The notes under the pieces were generated by a model, which was not told the DNA's origin, did no database searches, and was given only the letters and a program-made list of their open reading frames with translations. Positions 14,109-26,725 of a DNA stretch of 64,000 nt are shown here, one piece after another. A program made the position numbers and the translations under genes. Source of the DNA: Macrostomum lignano (Eukaryota); the NCBI GenBank assembly GCA_002269645.1, contig NIVC01002709.1:1-64000 (forward strand), in the 5' to 3' direction. Position 1 is the first letter of the stretch. Each line of letters opens with the position of its first letter.

Positions 14109-17006
14109 GGTGCTAAAGCCCCTTGGTGCTAAAGCCCCTTGGTGCTAAAGCCCCTTGGTGCTAAAGCCCCTTGGTGCTAAAGCCCCTTGGTGCTAAAGCC
14201 CCTTGGTGCTAAAGCCCCTTGGTGCTAAAGCCCCTTGGTGCTAAAGCCCCTTGGTGCTAAAGCCCCTTGGTGCTAAAGCCCCTTGGTGCTAAAGCCCCTT
14301 GGTGCTAAAGCCCCTTGGTGCTAAAGCCCCTTGGTGCTAAAGCCCCTTGGTGCTAAAGCCCCTTGGTGCTAAAGCCCCTTGGTGCTAAAGCCCCTTGGTG
14401 CTAAAGCCCCTTGGTGCTAAAGCCCCTTGGTGCTAAAGCCCCTTGGTGCTAAAGCCCCTGGTGCTAAAGCCCCTTGGTGCTAAAGCCCCTTGGTGCTAAA
14501 GCCCCTGGTGCTAAAGCCCCTTGGTGCTAAAGCCCCTTGGTGCTAAAGCCCCTTGGTGCTAAAGCCCCTTGGTGCTAAAGCCCCTTGGTGTTAAAGCCCC
14601 TGGTGCTATAGCCACTTGGTGCTAAAGCCCCTTGGTGCTAAAGCCCCGGGTGCTAAAACCCCTTGGTGCTAAAGCCCCTTGGTGCTAAAGCCCCTTGGTG
14701 CTAAAGCCCCTTGGTGCTAAAGCCCCTTGGTGCTAAAGCCCCTTGGTGCTAAAGCCCCTTGGTGCTAAAGCCCCTTGGTGCTAAAGCCCCTTGGTGCTAA
14801 AGCCCCTTGGTGCTAAAGCCCCTTGGTGCTAAAGCCCCTTGGTGCTAAAGCCCCTTGGTGCTAAAGCCCCTTGGTGCTAAAGCCCCTTGGTGCTAAAGCC
14901 CCTTGGTGCTAAAGCCCCTTGGTGCTAAAGCCCCTTGGTGCTAAAGCCCCTTGGTGCTAAAGCCCCTTGGTGCTAAAGCCCCTTGGTGCTAAAGCCCCTT
15001 GGTGCTAAAGCCCCTTGGTGCTAAAGCCCCTTGGTGCTAAAGCCCCTTGGTGCTAAAGCCCCTTGGTGCTAAAGCCCCTTGGTGCTAAAGCCCCTTGGTG
15101 CTAAAGCCCCTTGGTGCTAAAGCCCCTTGGTGCTAAAGCCCCTTGGTGCTAAAGCCCCTTGGTGCTAAAGCCCCTTGGTGCTAAAGCCCCTTGGTGTTAA
15201 AGCCCCTTGGTGCTAAAGCCCCTTGGTGTTAAAGCCCCTTGGTGCTAAAGCCCCTTGGTGCTAAAGCCCCTTGGTGCTAAAGCCCCTTGGTGCTAAAGCC
15301 CCTTGGTGCTAAAGCCCCTTGGTGCTAAAGCCCCTTGGTGCTAAAGCCCCTTGGTGCTAAAGCCCCTTGGTGCTAAAGCCCCTTGGTGCTAAAGCCCCTT
15401 GGTGCTAAAGCCCCTTGGTGCTAAAGCCCCTTGGTGCTAAAGCCCCTTGGTGCTAAAGCCCCTTGGTGCTAAAGCCCCTTGGTGCTAAAGCCCCTTGGTG
15501 CTAAAGCCCCTTGGTGCTAAAGCCCCTTGGTGCTAAAGCCCCTTGGTGCTAAAGCCCCTTGGTGCTAAAGCCCCTTGGTGCTAAAGCCCCTTGGTGCTAA
15601 AGCCCCTTGGTGCTAAAGCCCCTTGGTGCTAAAGCCCCTTGGTGCTAAAGCCCCTTGGTGCTAAAGCCCCTTGGTGCTAAAGCCCCTTGGTGCTAAAGCC
15701 CCTTGGTGCTAAAGCCCCTTGGTGCTAAAGCCCCTTGGTGCTAAAGCCCCTTGGTGCTAAAGCCCCTTGGTGCTAAAGCCCCTTGGTGCTAAAGCCCCTT
15801 GGTGCTAAAGCCCCTTGGTGCTAAAGCCCCTTGGTGCTAAAGCCCCTTGGTGCTAAAGCCCCTTGGTGCTAAAGCCCCTTGGTGCTAAAGCCCCTTGGTG
15901 CTAAAGCCCCTTGGTGCTAAAGCCCCTTGGTGCTAAAGCCCCTTGGTGCTAAAGCCCCTTGGTGCTAAAGCCCCTTGGTGCTAAAGCCCCTTGGTGCTAA
16001 AGCCCCTTGGTGCTAAAGCCCCTTGGTGCTAAAGCCCCTTGGTGCTAAAGCCCCTTGGTGCTAAAGCCCCTTGGTGCTAAAGCCCCTTGGTGCTAAAGCC
16101 CCTTGGTGCTAAAGCCCCTTGGTGCTAAAGCCCCTTGGTGCTAAAGCCCCTTGGTGCTAAAGCCCCTTGGTGCTAAAGCCCCTTGGTGCTAAAGCCCCTT
16201 GGTGCTAAAGCCCCTTGGTGCTAAAGCCCCTTGGTGCTAAAGCCCCTTGGTGCTAAAGCCCCTTGGTGCTAAAGCCCCTTGGTGCTAAAGCCCCTTGGTG
16301 CTAAAGCCCCTTGGTGCTAAAGCCCCTTGGTGCTAAAGCCCCTTGGTGCTAAAGCCCCTTGGTGCTAAAGCCCCTTGGTGCTAAAGCCCCTTGGTGCTAA
16401 AGCCCCTTGGTGCTAAAGCCCCTTGGTGCTAAAGCCCCTTGGTGCTAAAGCCCCTTGGTGCTAAAGCCCCTTGGTGCTAAAGCCCCTTGGTGCTAAAGCC
16501 CCTTGGTGCTAAAGCCCCTTGGTGCTAAAGCCCCTTGGTGCTAAAGCCCCTTGGTGCTAAAGCCCCTTGGTGCTAAAGCCCCTTGGTGCTAAAGCCCCTT
16601 GGTGTTAAAGCCCCTTGGTGCTAAAGCCCCGGGTGCTAAAGCCCCTTGGTGCTAAAGCCCCTTGGTGTTAAAGCCCCTGGTGCTATAGCCACTTGGTGCT
16701 AAAGACCCTCGGTGCTAAAGCCCCGGGTGCTAAAGCCCCTTGGTGCTAAAGCCCCTTGGTGCTAAAGCCCCTGGTGCTATAGCCACTTGGTGCTAAAGAC
16801 CCTCGGTGCTAAAGCCCCGGGTGCTAAAGCCCCTTGGTGCTAAAGCCCCTTGGTGCTAAAGCCCCTTGGTGCTAAAGCCCCTTGGTGCTAAAGCCCCTTG
16901 GTGCTAAAGCCCCTGGTGCTATAGCCACTTGGTGCTAAAGACCCTCGGTGCTAAAGCCCCGGGTGCTAAAGCCCCTTGGTGCTAAAGCCCCTTGGTGCTA
17001 AAGCCA
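14109..17006. repeat. 16-bp satellite GGTGCTAAAGCCCCTT, about 180 copies
   Basis: Nearly invariant core; variant cassettes at about 14590-14660 and 16600-16970. Confidence 0.99.
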
Positions 17007-17220
17007 CTGTTGCCTGGCAACTGAATTCAACTCAGAAATCATTTCTCAGCTTTCAAGAGTTAGAAAAATCACATACTGGCTAGAATTAGTTAATTCCGGA
17101 AAATGAGACATTCGGTTTGTAGCGCTTCGATCGTACAAAAATGTAAAAGTTCACGATAGAATATTGGAGACAAGCGTGTTAGAAAATGAGACACAAAAAG
17201 AGCTGTGACAGCAGCAGAGT

Positions 17221-19045
17221 TCACAGGTGATATTGCTCTGTAGCAACTGTAGAGTCAGTAAGTGAAGCTTCCGCTCCTCGCGCCCCACCGCTGCCGCCGC
17301 TGCGCTCCATCTTGCGCACAAAATCACAGAAAATGTTGCGCACAATTTCGCCAGTGACAATGTGGCCGCAGTTCAGGCGGATCATCCACAGAAAAAACAG
17401 CCCGTCAATGCGGATGAACTCAAATTCGAACCGCTCCAGCCAAGTCTGCAATTCGTGGTTGGGGGCTCTGTGGAAATCTACTCAATGGGAATTATCTGTA
17501 CTCAATGGGAATCTTCTGTACTTAATGGGAATCTTCTGTACTCAATGGGAATCTTCTGTACTCAATGGGAATCTTCTGTACTCAATGGGAATCTTCTGTA
17601 CTCAATGGGAATCTTCTGTACTCAATGGGAATCTTCTGTACTCAATGGGAATCATTTATACTCAATGTAAATCTTCTGTACTCAATTTAAATCATCTGTA
17701 CTCAATGTAAATCTTCTGTACTCAATCTAAATCATCTGTACTCAATGTAAATCTTCTGTACTCAACGCAAATCTTCTGTACTCAATGGGAATCTTATGTA
17801 CTCAAGTATCCTGTACTCTAGAAACTGTAGTAAGACTGCAGTGATACTTAATAAGATATAGATGGTATGTATATAACAGTCTACACTTTAAATTCTTTAA
17901 GTGGGTGACGAGAGGCTTCAGTAAACGTATAATCACGTGATCATTAAGAGCATGCGACCGCACTCAATACTAAATCACGTGATGTTCCAGACTGTACAGT
18001 TGAATACAAGGCGGAGATGTGCATAGGCTTAGAAATCACGTGATCCGATAGTGTACTGAAGGAAGACGAGAGAGACTGTACATTTTTTACCAGCAGAGAG
18101 TCACGTGATTGCCATCGAGTGTGCAATTGTACATCTAGATAGAAGGCAATAAAAACCCGGCGAACACTTCAGGCGATAATGAGCTCAGTCAATTAAATAC
18201 TCGTAAACGAACCTCGTCTTGATCGGTTCCGGGGCATCCGCAGCCTCTGATCAGCGATCTGAGACACTGGCACCTGCTTCGGGTGAGTAGAAATCTTCTA
18301 AGCCAGAGCAGTATGCTGGCTGAGTTAACAATGGCAGCCAGGACAAAGTAGAACCACAGGATGATGTACACCTTCTCGGTGAAAATGTTGGAGCTGATGG
18401 TGCAGTAGGGAGTGACGCTGATTACGCTGGTTCGGTCGGGGAAAGTGAAGCGGCATGCGCCGAGCCTGGAATTAATGTCGTTTTTTAATTAGAAAATACA
18501 CCAGGAATATGCAGGTAATTTGTTCAGTACAAATGGGATATGAGCTCGAACAGACATTGTACAAGGACACACATCAACTAGCGCACAGACTAAAACATAC
18601 ACACACACACACACACACACTCACTCACTCACACACTCACTCACTCACTCACTCACTCACTCACTCACTCACTCACTCACTCACTCACTCACTCACTCAC
18701 TCACTCACTCACTCACTCACTCACTCATGAACTCACTCACTCATGAACTCACTCATGAACTCACTCATGAACTCACTCACTCACTCACTCACTCACTCAC
18801 TCACTCACTCACTCATGAACTCACTCACTCACTCACTCACTCATGAACTCACTCACTCACTCACTCACTCACTCACTCACTCACTCATGAACTCACTCAC
18901 TCATGAACTCACTCATGAACTCACTCATGAACTCACTCACTCACTCACTCACTCACTCACTCATGAACTCACTCATGAACTCACTCATGAACTCACTCAC
19001 TCACTCACTCACTCACTCATGAACTCACTCACTCACTCACTCACT

Positions 19046-19100
<55 letters not shown>

Positions 19101-21172
19101 GGGCATAGAGTAGTGCTTACCTGGGCAGCACCATGGTGATCTCCCAGTCCAGTCCCATAGTGATATTTCGCATCAGTTCGGCGCCATACGACAAAGACTG
19201 GAAGCCGAGAAACTGCCTCATCAGCTCCAGCTGCAACAGCAAGACAGCCAGGCCCGCCAGTTTGGTTACCAGGTACATCACAAAGGTGTAGTTACCGAAT
19301 CTCTTGCTGATGGGGCACCACGGAAGGCAGCGGTGCACCGCGGTGGCCCACTTGACCGCCCGGCCTTGCCGGTACTCCCGCGACGCCACCAGCAGGTCGG
19401 CCAGGCAAGTCGCCAGCTCGTCGACTCTCTCCGCCCGTCTGGCTGGCGACAGCAGCGACGCCTCCCGGGCGGAGACAGCGATGAAGCTCAAGCAGTAAGC
19501 TGAGCGGCTGAAGCAGATCAAATCAAACAGCGCTTTCGGCAGGTAGCACAGCAGAGCCTGCAGCGCAAGTAGCAGCGGCACCCACAGGTAATAACCTGCG
19601 GAGGGATCGGTTGGTGAAGTCGGAAGTGCGGCGGCTGTTTATTGGGTTAGTTTACCTGATTTTACATATATCACTAGTCTAGCAGTGTGCAGACTGGTAT
19701 GAACCCTGCTCTCCTCTGCTTTGCTCTCCTCTGCTTTGCTCTCCTCTGCTTTGCTCTCCTCTGCTTTGCTCTCCTCTGCTTTGCTCTCCTCTGCTTTGCT
19801 CTCCTCTGCTTTGCTCTCCTCTGCTTTGCTCTCCTCTGCTTTGCTCTCCTCTGCTTTGCTCTCCTCTGCTTTGCTCTCCTCTGCTTTGCTCTCCTCTGCT
19901 TTGCTCTCCTCTGCTTTGCTCTCCTCTGCTTTGCTCTCCTCTGCTTTGCTCTCCTCTGCTTTGCTCTCCTCTGCTTTGCTCTCCTCTGCTTTGCTCTCCT
20001 CTGCTTTGCTCTCCTCTGCTTTGCTCTCCTCTGCTTTGCTCTCCTCTGCTTTGCTCTCCTCTGCTTTGCTCTCCTCTGCTTTGCTCTCCTCTGCTTTGCT
20101 CTCCTCTGCTTTGCTCTCCTCTGCTTTGCTCTCCTCTGCTTTGCTCTCCTCTGCTTTGCTCTCCTCTGCTTTGCTCTCCTCTGCTTTGCTATCCTCTGCT
20201 TTGCTATCCTCTGCTTTGCTCTCCTCTGCTTTGCTCTCCTCTGCTTTGCTCTCCTCTGCTTTGCTCTCCTCTGCTTTGCTCTCCTCTGCTTTGCTCTCCT
20301 CTGCTTTGCTCTCCTCTGCTTTGCTCTCCTCTGCTTTGCTCTCCTCTGCTTTGCTCTCCTCTGCTTTGCTCTCCTCTGCTTTGCTCTCCTCTGCTTTGCT
20401 CTCCTCTCCTCTCCTCTCCTCTCCTCTCCTCTCCTCTCCTCTCCTCTCTTCTCCTCTCCTCTCTTCTCCTCTCCTCTCCTCTCCTCTCCTCTCCTCTGCT
20501 CTTCTCTCATCTCCTCTCCTCTCCTCTCCTCTCCTCTCTTCTCCTCTCCTCTCCTCTCCTCTCCTCTCCTCTCATCTTCTCTCCTCTCTAGTTTCCTCTC
20601 TTCTCCTCTCCTTTCATCTCCTCTCCTCTCCTCTCCTCTCCTCTCCTCTCCTCTCCTCTCCTCTCCTCTCCTCTCCTCTCCTCTGCTCTTCTCTCATCTC
20701 CTCTCCTCTCCTCTCCTCTCCTCTCCTCTCATCTTCTCTCCTCTCTAGTTTCCTCTCTTCTCCTCTCCTCTCATCTCTTCTCTTCTCCTCTCCTCTCCTC
20801 TTCTCTTCTCTACTCAATCCCCAGCCTCCTCTCCTAGGCGGTCAACTCACGAATAATGGTTGGATGCTTGAGCAGCCACTCGTCGCTGACATCCGGCAGC
20901 GGCTCGGTCATGCGCAGCGGGTAAACTCCGGTCACCCAGCAGTAGCTCTCGATCATCTGCGCGTCCATCATGGTGAATGGGGTGATGAACTTGTGCAGCA
21001 GCATGCAGGATATGGACTTGGTGAAGTACTCCTTGGCGCCGATCACCAGACTGCACACCAGCAGCACGATGGCGCTGAGCAGGAAGGTGACCCGATCGCC
21101 GAAGTCAAGCAGCCCGACCGACGATAGAAGGCCAAATGTGCGAATATACTCAAAAAATTCGAACACCTTCAT
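17221..21172 (-). CDS. Innexin (invertebrate gap-junction/hemichannel protein), about 424 aa; exons 21172-20851, 19595-19121, 18465-18213, 17445-17221
   Basis: DFGDRVT-TM1, SISC and ESYCW (extracellular loop 1 cysteines), RYYLWVP (variant of YYQWVP), LPR|LGACRF...[20 protein letters not shown]-terminal [25 protein letters not shown]; exon phases are consistent. Confidence 0.95.
17478..17812. repeat. 20-bp tandem repeat CTCAATGGGAATCTTCTGTA, innexin intron 3
   Basis: About 16 copies starting roughly 30 bp from the acceptor. Confidence 0.95.
18595..19098. repeat. (CA)n / (TCAC)n / TCATGAAC compound microsatellite, innexin intron 2
   Basis: Directly visible. Confidence 0.97.
19705..20812. repeat. 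(CTCCTCTGCTTTGCT)n 15-mer grading into (CTCCT)n, innexin intron 1
   Basis: Directly visible; source of the 278-468 aa spurious ORFs. Confidence 0.98.
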
Positions 21173-21469
21173 CTTTCTTCAAAGCTTCCAAGCCTTGTTT
21201 GTTGAGCAGCCTAGGAAAACTCGAGCCACCGAGACTAAAACTTATTCAGCGCCGTGCGGTGGTCACGTAGCAACTTATGAGTTGTGCAAACAACAGGAAA
21301 GAGGTGAAAAAACCCTGTGGCAAAGTAACAAAATCTTGGACTGCTTCAGTTCACAGTTGGTTTGCACATACTGAGGCTTATTTAGTAAGTAGCCGATCAA
21401 CTGGAAACGCACTCGAAAAAGATACTTTTTGGTATTTGGTTGAATAACATTTTAGCGCATGGGGAGTTG

Positions 21470-22095
21470 CTGGGATGTCATGGCTCAATGGGGTGTTGCT
21501 GAGATGCCATGGCTCATGTAGAGATGCCATGGCTCATGTAGAGATGCCATGGCTCATGTAGAGATGCCATGGCTCATGTAGAGATGTCATGGCTCGATGG
21601 GGTGTTGCCGAGATGCCATGGCTCATGTAGAGATGTCATGGCTCAATGGGGTGTTGCCGAGATGCCATGGCTCATGTAGAGATGTCATGGCTTAATGGGG
21701 TGTTGCTGAGATGTCATGGCTCATGTAGAGATGTCATGGCTCAATGGGGTGTTGCTGAGATGTCATGGCTCATGTAGAGATGCCATGGCTCAATGGGGTG
21801 TTGCTGAGATGTCATGGCTCATGTAGAGATGCCATTGCTCAATGGGGTGTTGCTGAGATGTCATGGCTCATGTAGAGATGTCATGGCTCAATGGGGTGTT
21901 GCTGAGATGTCATGGCTCATGTAGAGATGTCATGGCTTAATGGGGTGTTGCTGAGATGTCATGGCTTAATGGGGTGTTGCTGAGATGTCATGGCTCATGT
22001 AGAGATGCCATGGCTCATGTAGAGATGCCATGGCTCATGTAGAGATGCCATGGCTCATGTAGAGATGCCATGGATCATGTAGAGATGCCATGGAC
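21470..22095. repeat. 20/29-bp mosaic minisatellite (GAGATGCCATGGCTCATGTA / GAGATGTCATGGCTCAATGGGGTGTTGCT) in the innexin-Mab21 intergenic spacer
   Basis: Directly visible. Confidence 0.95.
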
Positions 22096-22524
22096 TCGTA
22101 CAAATTAATAAATTTGTAGTCACAATAGCTATTTATAAATCTCACAGCAGAATAGAATCTTCCGATGGTATTCATTGCTGCACCAATGCTTCATTCCCGC
22201 CCCCTGCGCATGGCAGGGCACCGCAGTGAGAACACAGCAGAAACACTGCTGCACCCCCCCCCAAAAAGCAGCTACATAGAGGGTTTTAAGGCTTGGTCAC
22301 GCACGCCTTCGGACGAGTGAAGGCACTAGATTGAATTCAGGCTCTCTTGTGTACTTAGCCGGGGTGGGGGCGGGGGGCAGAAATGGAAGAGAAGAAGATC
22401 GCGTGCAGAACAGGCCGCTGGCTCGATAAGAAGAAATATAAAAGCAGTGAGGGGTGCGGCATGAAAACAGGCCAAGAAAGAGAGAGAGAAGGAAAACGGA
22501 AACCGCAGAACGGCAGAATTGAAA

Positions 22525-25330
22525 ATGCAGCAACAGCGGCAGCCGACGAAGATGTCGAAGCTGGTCGGCAAGATCAAAGAGGAGGCCAGCTCGTTCAAGC
22601 AGCGCCTGCAGGCGTCCAACGGTGGCCCGAACGAAGAGAGAGAAGCGGCGGCTGCTCCCGAGGAGGAGGCGGAGGAGGCGGCAATTCAAGGCGATGCGGT
22701 CAGGCAGGCGGCACGAAGCCACGCGGCGCTGCTGCGGTTCAGCCAGCCGGGCGTCGGGCGCCGGCTCTGCGCCAACTGCCAGCCTGAAGATGACGGCTGC
22801 CTGCACTGGAACCTCGGCCCGCTGCTCTCCGGCCAGCAGCAGCTGGCAGCGGCGGGGACTGCCGAAGGCCCGACTCTGAACAGTCGTGAGCAGGGCCGCC
22901 TGCTGGCGATGGCCTTCAACCCGATGACGCCGATTGTGCAGCGGCTGCATGACTTGGCCGGAGGCGAGGGCGAGCTCGGGTTCGACGCCAGCGACGAAGC
23001 CTACGAGATGATCAACTTGACAACCGAGTTTCTGCACACACTGTGCGCCAATCACCTGGCGCCGATGATGCCCTTGCTGTTCAAGGTTGGCCGACTGTGT
23101 CTGTTATCTGTTCTCTGTGATGAGTGAGATGTGAGATGGCTGTGTAGTAAAGAGGGGCAGGGAGGAGCTGGGGAGTGAGGTGGCTGGCCGTGCAATTAAG
23201 AGGGGCAGGGAGGAGCTGGGGAGTGAGGTGGCTGGCCGTGCAATTAAGAGGGGCAGGGAGGAGCTGGGGAGTGAGGCGGCTGGTTGTGCAATTAAGAGGG
23301 GCAGGGAGGAGCTGGGGAGTGAGGTGGCTGGCCGTGCAATTAAGAGGGGCAGGGAGGAGCTGGGGAGTGAGGTGGCTGGCTGTGCAATTAAGAGGGAAGG
23401 GAGGAGCTGGGGAGTGAGGCGGCTGGTTGTGCAATTAAGAGGGGAAGGGAGGAGCTGGGGAGTGAGGCGGCTGGTTGTGCAATTAAGAGGGGCAGGGAGG
23501 AGCTGGGGAGTGAGGTGGCTGGCTGTGAAATTAAGAGGGGCAGGGAGGAGCTGGGGAGTGAGGCGGCTGGTTGTGCAATTAAGAGGGGCAGGGAGGAGCT
23601 GGGGAGTGAGGTGGCTGGCTGTGAAATTAAGAGGGGCAGGGAGGAGCTGGGGAGTGAGGTGGCTGGCTGTGAAATTAAGAGGGGCAGGGAGGAGCTGGGG
23701 AGTGAGGTGGCTGTGCAATCAATTAGGGCAGGGAGGGGCTAAGAGTGACGCGGTCATCCAGAGCCGATCGCGCCAGAGCAAGTGATTCACTGCTTTTTCT
23801 CTCTGGCAGGACTCCAGCCCCACCCTGATCGGCAGCTGGGCTCAGGAGACGGCCCTTCGCTGTGCGCAGCCCACCCTGGACTACGTGATCTCCATGCCCG
23901 CCTGGCTGCGTGTCAACAAGCTCTGCGTCTGCGGCACGGCCGGCATCTCGCAGACGGTGCTGCGGCCGGCCGCCTCCTCCGGCTGGGTGCCATTCGAGAC
24001 CAACGTGCACCAGGCGCTGGTGTGCGGAGTCGAGCGAATCGTTGCCAACACGGCCGCGGCGGTGCTGCAAGACTCGGCTGAGTCGCCGGTGCGCCCGGAC
24101 TCGAGTCGCCGCATAAGCTGCAACGCCGGGGCCGGAGACTCTGCGATGGTCTGGTCGCCGAAGCGGGCGACTCTGCCAGTTCTGTGCCACACCAGCTCGG
24201 GCAGCGTGCGGCCGGCCACCCTGCGGCTGCTCTTCGGAGCTCCCTGCCAACTGCTCGGGCCAGCCGGGACCGCGGATTGTTTGGCCACCTGCTGCTGGGC
24301 TTCAGCCAGCCAAGGATGCTGTGCCTGGCTAGGTATGTTGTTGTGGTATGAGCTCATGACTGAGTTCATGACTGAGTTCATGAGTGAGTTTATGAGTGAG
24401 TTCATGAGTGAGTTTATGAGTGAGTTCATGAGTGAGTTCATGAGTGAGTTCATGAGTGAGTTCATGAGTGAGTTCATGAGTGATTTCATGAGTGAGTTCA
24501 TGAGTGAGTTCATGAGTGAATTCAAGAGTGAGTTCATGAGTGAGTTCATGAGTGCGTTTATGAGTGAGTTTATGAGTGAGTTCATGAGTGAGTTCATGAG
24601 TGCGTTTGTGGATTGAGTCAGTGAGTGAGTGAGTGAGTAAGTGAATGAGGGAGTGATTGAATGGGGGAGTGAGTGAATGAGGGAGTGAGTGAATGAGTGA
24701 GTTCATGAGTGAGCTCATGAGTGAGCTCATGACCGAGTTTATCCCAACTTAACCCCGACTGTATCTCAATTTTGTCCCCCAAAAACCACCCATTCAAGGG
24801 AGGAGCAGGCCGCCCTGCTGTCCGGAGCCGAAGGTCCCGACCATCCGAAGCTCCGTCTCGTCCGCATCGTGAAGTTCCTGCTGCAGGTGGGCCAGCAGCT
24901 CAGCCTGGACAAAGGTGAGATCGCTCGCCCGGACTCGCAGCTCAGCTTCCTGGCCTGCGGCTCCGTCCGCGAGTCGCTGCGCCGCTTTGAATCCGACGAC
25001 GGCACCGCGTATTTTCGGGCGAATTTCTGCGGCCGCCTGGAGGAGACCCTGGAGCTGCTGCTGGACAAGAGCCGCGTCCTGACCTACTTTGACCCCGACT
25101 GCGCCTTCGCCGGGATCAGCAAGCGGCCGCTGCCTCCAGCCACCCTCAGCCTGCTGGCCTGCGCGCGGGTCAAGGGCCGGCAGCAGCAGGCCGACACCCT
25201 GGTGGAGCTGCTGCTGCACTTCTTGCGGGCCAAGACGGAGTCGCCAGCTGGCAAGCAGGAGAAACTGGTGGCCAAGATTGACAAGGCGGTGAAGGCGATG
25301 CTCTCTGGAGCCGATGCGGGCGCGAAGTGA
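22525..25330 (+). CDS. Divergent Mab-21/cGAS-like-receptor (nucleotidyltransferase-fold) protein; exons 22525-23085, 23810-24345 (donor could be 24332), 24799-25330
   Basis: Helical spine followed by TLIGSWAQETALRCAQPTLDYVI (GS...D NTase-like motif); C-terminal EEQAALL...KLRLVRIVKFLL...SQLSFL...FCGRLEETLELLLDKSRVLTYFDPDCAF resembles the Mab-21 helix bundle (R-x-LK-x-L, LSSY, L-x-x-L, HYF-x-P). The coding status is secure; the family call is by eye. Confidence 0.62.
23128..23715. repeat. 48-bp G-rich tandem repeat, about 12 copies, Mab-21-like intron 1
   Basis: GAGGGGCAGGGAGGAGCTGGGGAGTGAGGTGGCTGGCCGTGCAATTAA, period 48. Confidence 0.97.
24350..24735. repeat. (GAGTGAGTTCAT)n / (GAGT)n repeat, Mab-21-like intron 2
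   Basis: Directly visible. Confidence 0.97.
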
Positions 25331-26339
25331 CGCTGAGGTGGATTGGATGACGCAACCACAGGGAGCTGCTAGGAAAAATGTTCAAACAGACCCACAGCCA
25401 TGCTGTAGGGTCAAATATACAAATGCTATATTTGACTGAATTCTAATTTGGTGGGAAGGTATAGGAGGTAGATGCCTAGGTAGGTAGATAGGTAAAATGT
25501 ATTTAGATAAGTAGGCATGTAGGTTATATGTAGGTGCATGTAGATAGGTAGGTAGGTAGATAAAAAGGTTACAAGAATTTTTCGATAGGTTTTGTACCCG
25601 ATATTTTCGACAAATCGACTGTTTTAAACAACTAACTACGCGTGTGTATAAATAAGTTCTTACAAATAAGATTCAGGTTACATTATTTTGTCAAATTTCG
25701 AAATTTATATTGCATGAGAAATCTCTTTGAAGAAGGATTTCTTTTAGCTTTTAACTTCTTCGAAAATATGGCCTTTTGCTTTATATACTACTTTCGAATA
25801 TAAGTAGTATAAAACACTAAAGCTTTGGCATGAATTTATCATTTAAATTGTCAATCAGCTCCATATATATATACACCTATAACTACATTTATGTCTACTT
25901 TTTTATTATAATATCATACTCGTATCTTGAAAACTGTTGCAAATATACGGAACATACTACTGCTAATGGAGAGCTATGATCTCTGTGGTTCCTTCATATA
26001 CCTGTGCAGGAAAATGGTCATGCCACCTGTACAAGTGCAGTTTAAAGCATGTCAGAGCCAAGGCAGAAATGATAATAAACATCTTGGATTATGCTGACTG
26101 CTTCGACAAAGTTGTTCCACAATGCGCTGGGTAGCGTAAATCCAACGGCAAATGATGCATAATAGGTTTATTTTATATTTTTAATTTGCACTGCGCTGTG
26201 AGCCAGGGGCGCGCAGTCTAACAGAACTGCAGCTGGCAACTGGATTCCAGACTGCAAGTTGAAGAAATCAATGGTAACAGTCATGAAGCTAATGAGCTAT
26301 CGAGTGAGAGATGATTGGCTAATCATTAATCAACAACTC

Positions 26340-26725
26340 ATTCACAAACTTACGAGTATTCACCGCATTCACCAACTCATTCATGGTATTCACCAACTCA
26401 TTCACGGTATTCACCAACTCATTCACGGTATTCACCTATTCATTCACAGCATTCACTAACTCATTCATGGTATTCACCAACTAATTTATGGCATTCATCA
26501 ATACATTCATGGTATTCACCAATTCATTCACGGTATTCACCAATTCATTCACGGTATTCACCAATTCATTCACGGTATTCACCAACTCAGTCATGGTATT
26601 CACCAACTCATTCATGGCATATACCAACTCATTCACAGCATTCACTAACTAATTAATGGTATTCCTCAACTCATTCACGGCATTCACCAACTCATAAACA
26701 GCGTTCACCAAATTATTCACGGCAT
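26340..26725. repeat. Degenerate 21-bp tandem repeat ATTCACCAACTCATTCACGGT
   Basis: About 17 copies. Confidence 0.9.

Noticed and set aside
22297-25385. Antisense ORFs (for example 22297-23055, 24794-25219) over the Mab-21-like exons, and similar ones over Gypsy pol and the LINE
   Set aside because: Shadow ORFs of GC-rich coding sequence with no recognisable motifs.
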